DNA from: Chrysochromulina tobinii
Taxonomy: Eukaryota
Assembly: GCA_001275005.1 (NCBI GenBank)
Contig: JWZX01003090.1
Span: 1 to 64,000 of the forward strand
Length of the DNA: 64,000 bases
Direction: 5' to 3'
Both the position numbers and the translations under genes were made by a program. Below the pieces are notes generated by a model. That model searched no databases, had not been told where the DNA came from, and saw nothing but the letters and a program-made list of their open reading frames with translations. Below are positions 61,457-64,000 of this stretch, piece after piece (positions within the stretch are counted from its first letter, which is position 1; every line of letters begins with the position of its first letter).

Positions 61457-62086
61457 TCACTCATCTGCGACGCCCAGCCTGCGCAGCTCGAGTCTAAATG
61501 GTCCCGGGGGAATCGCCATCTTGGCCCCGCCGCCGCCCTCCGCCTCATATCGCGAGAGCATGAGACCCACGCCGCGCACGTCGGCCGCCCGAAGCGGTGG
61601 CGCCTCGGGCATCGGTCGGCCGCGAAACGTTGGACGGAACGCGTCGAGAGGCAGTCGACAATCCTCAACGCGCCCGGGCGTGGTGAGCGGCAGCGCGACT
61701 TGATACGAGACACCCTGGGGCCCTGCAGCGCTTTGGAGGGTGAGCTTGTAGCCCAGCCGGCCGTCGCTTTTCGCCCGCAAGCTGAGCGCGACCGCGTCGT
61801 GCGGCAAAGAAAGCGGTCGCATGCAGCGCACGCTTGCAAAGCCGCCGCCTTGCACAACAAGATCCCCCTCAAAGAACGTTGAGCCGTCGCGAAAGACGAC
61901 TTGCGAGAGGGAAGTTCCGCCCATGACACGATCGTCTCGCGCTTGCCAGTCACTCGCGCTCAGGGGCGATGTGAAGTCAATTAGTGTGCTTGGGACCGTG
62001 CACTGAGCAGCACTCGCCACGCGGGCTGATTCGATAGCGGCGACCGCGGCCAACAGGCCGCGCACGCGTTGGTAGGAGTAAAACAT
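61457..62086 (-). CDS. CIA30 (complex I intermediate-associated protein 30) family protein
   Basis: W...DDRVMGG.S, GGGFASVR, F.PTFRGR, G.F.LE. Confidence 0.85.
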   Translation of the reverse strand: MFYSYQRVRGLLAAVAAIESARVASAAQCTVPSTLIDFTSPLSASDWQARDDRVMGGTSLSQVVFRDGSTFFEGDLVVQGGGFASVRCMRPLSLPHDAVALSLRAKSDGRLGYKLTLQSAAGPQGVSYQVALPLTTPGRVEDCRLPLDAFRPTFRGRPMPEAPPLRAADVRGVGLMLSRYEAEGGGGAKMAIPPGPFRLELRRLGVADE

Positions 62087-62278
62087 CGTCCACCCTTCGT
62101 ATTCCAGGCCCTCCACAGTCACGTGGCTACGGACACTAAGGAAGGACCGTGTCCTGCGACAGGACAGGAGGCGTGAAACAGCTGTTATTACTCGGCCCCC
62201 TTCTTGAACATGGTAGGGCCGTCGCTGGAATGTGTGAGGAGGGACGAGGAGGGACAGTTTCTGATTTCGGCTGTGAAA

Positions 62279-64000
62279 ATGGGGCCTCATCCTTCTGCCG
62301 ACGTCTTTGTGCTGCTGGTCGCGCTGGCCTGCGTGATATTATCATTAACAAACTCTGGGGGCGTGATGCTGCGTCCCTCCTTCATCGCCGCCTCATCGGA
62401 TGACCCCTCAAGCGCCCGTGCTGCTTTCGCGGACGCCCATATTTCCATGTCGCCACCAGTGGTGGCCGATCTTGACGGCGATGGCACACCCGAAGTGGTC
62501 ATGGCCACGACTGACGGTCGCCTTTTGCTGCTTTCGGCAGTCGAGGGCGCGGCACGACCCGAAGCTGTTGGCGACGGTGTGCTCGGGCTCGCCTCTTGGC
62601 GCCGCCTACCGGTGGTGCGCTCGGTGAGCCTTCGCACCCATACAGGCTTGGCCGCCGGTCGCCGGTCGATGGCGCTGTGCACGGGCGTGCTGCGCTCTAG
62701 CGCAGACGCGAGTGGCCGGCGACGCCAGATCGTGGTCGCGGTCACCGAGGATAGGACTGTCCTCGCGTTTGACCACGAGCTGCGACCACTGTGGGAACAC
62801 TCCATCGGGCGCACTAGCGCTGGCGCAGCGGCCGCCTCGGCGGGCGAGGTTACTGTTGCCGTGGTGCCGCATCCCATATACACGGGGGATGTAGGGGCTG
62901 TGCTCGTAGCCGGGCACGCGCAGCCGCGCGTGCAGCCGCGCAGCCGCGCCGACGATGAGCCGCCGCAGCACGTTCCTACTGCACCCAGTAGCGCGCCCGT
63001 GCCAGCTGCGGGCACAGCCGAGTGGGTGCACCACTTTGATTACTTGGCGCTTGAGGGCGGCAGCGGCGCGCTGCGCTGGCAGCACACGGCGCGCGACTTC
63101 CACAACGAGCTGCACGGTGACGAGGCGCTGACGCCCCAGATGGACTATCGGCTCGACTTGGACGCCATCGGCGGCGGTGGCGGCGGCATCGACGGCCGGC
63201 ATGATGGCGAGCGGCCGTGGCGCGTCTTCAGCGACTCGGTGCTCGCACAGCTGCCGCACAGGTGGCGTCATCCGCATGATACGGCGCTCCACCTCGCTAG
63301 CTTCCAGCGCGCGCGCCGGCTTGGACACGAGGCGCGCCGAGAACGAGCGAAGTCGAGTGCTGCGAAGGCGGCCTCGGGGGCGGCGGAGCTCACCTCCTCA
63401 CGCATCGCGCGTGGTGTGAGCAGCAGTGGCAGAGACGGTCTAGATGGCGCCTCCCGCTTCGGCAGCGTTGGCGAGGCCGCCGTCGTCCCCAACGTGGTCA
63501 TTGCGCGCCGTCGGCATGGGCTCGAAGTGCTGCACTTGTACACGGGGCGAACCCTCACGCAACTGCCCCTTTACTCGAGTGCGGGCCCCTCAGTGCACGC
63601 CGACGTGAATGGCGACGGTTCGATTGATCACATCACTGCGCTCGCATCGCGTGCACCAACCTCCTTTTCCTCGACCTACTCCCTCGAGGAGGCCTCACCC
63701 CACGAGAGGCTGGTGCGCACCGGAGCCCACGCAGCGGGACTCGCCACCTCGGGGCTTCCGGTGCGTGAGGCGCTCTGGAACGTCTCCATCGGACAGGCCG
63801 TGAGGGTACCTAGAGGGCGGCGCCACCAGCAGCCTGCGCACGGCGTGCCCACAATCGGAGTGAGCGCGCCGTTGCTGGTGCCAAGAGCCGGCCCCGAGGG
63901 CCGTTCCTCCATCCTCGACGTCGTCTTCCTGACGTCCGACGGCCGGGTAGCCTCGGTTCATGCAGATGGGCGCGAAAGTTGGACGGTGCGAACGGACGCG
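62279..64000 (+). CDS. FG-GAP repeat membrane/secreted protein, truncated by the window end
   Basis: Open frame from ATG 62279 with a hydrophobic N-terminus, PPVVADLDGDGTPEVV and HADVNGDGSIDHI. Missing from the ORF track because it has no stop in the window. Confidence 0.8.
   Translation, partial: MGPHPSADVFVLLVALACVILSLTNSGGVMLRPSFIAASSDDPSSARAAFADAHISMSPPVVADLDGDGTPEVVMATTDGRLLLLSAVEGAARPEAVGDGVLGLASWRRLPVVRSVSLRTHTGLAAGRRSMALCTGVLRSSADASGRRRQIVVAVTEDRTVLAFDHELRPLWEHSIGRTSAGAAAASAGEVTVAVVPHPIYTGDVGAVLVAGHAQPRVQPRSRADDEPPQHVPTAPSSAPVPAAGTAEWVHHFDYLALEGGSGALRWQHTARDFHNELHGDEALTPQMDYRLDLDAIGGGGGGIDGRHDGERPWRVFSDSVLAQLPHRWRHPHDTALHLASFQRARRLGHEARRERAKSSAAKAASGAAELTSSRIARGVSSSGRDGLDGASRFGSVGEAAVVPNVVIARRRHGLEVLHLYTGRTLTQLPLYSSAGPSVHADVNGDGSIDHITALASRAPTSFSSTYSLEEASPHERLVRTGAHAAGLATSGLPVREALWNVSIGQAVRVPRGRRHQQPAHGVPTIGVSAPLLVPRAGPEGRSSILDVVFLTSDGRVASVHADGRESWTVRTDA

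Overview
GC-rich, gene-dense, intron-poor eukaryotic nuclear DNA. It comes from a flagellated alga with a complex red-type plastid: CFAP298, CFAP47, a SAXO-like gene, and nucleus-encoded plastid RPS20 with a bipartite leader. A haptophyte such as Chrysochromulina is my inference. About 26 host genes are recognisable. The standout is a ~4.6 kb retroelement at ~10391-15071. It carries an intact DIRS/Ngaro-type RT-RNase H ORF on the minus strand and a divergent 373-aa ORF on the plus strand (possibly gag-like). I can find no tyrosine recombinase, integrase or endonuclease in it. It also has a ~650 nt densely base-paired non-coding domain whose G-U pairs favour the strand antisense to RT, a structured right end, a CTAATTAG palindrome near both ends, and a 12-nt end-to-internal complementarity. 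Other notable items are an XK-like membrane protein with ~100 IcmE/DotG-like decapeptide repeats, a multi-zinc-finger UBX protein, a PPR pseudogene relic and several single-base frameshifts. All calls come from reading motifs by eye; no searches or folding programs were run.
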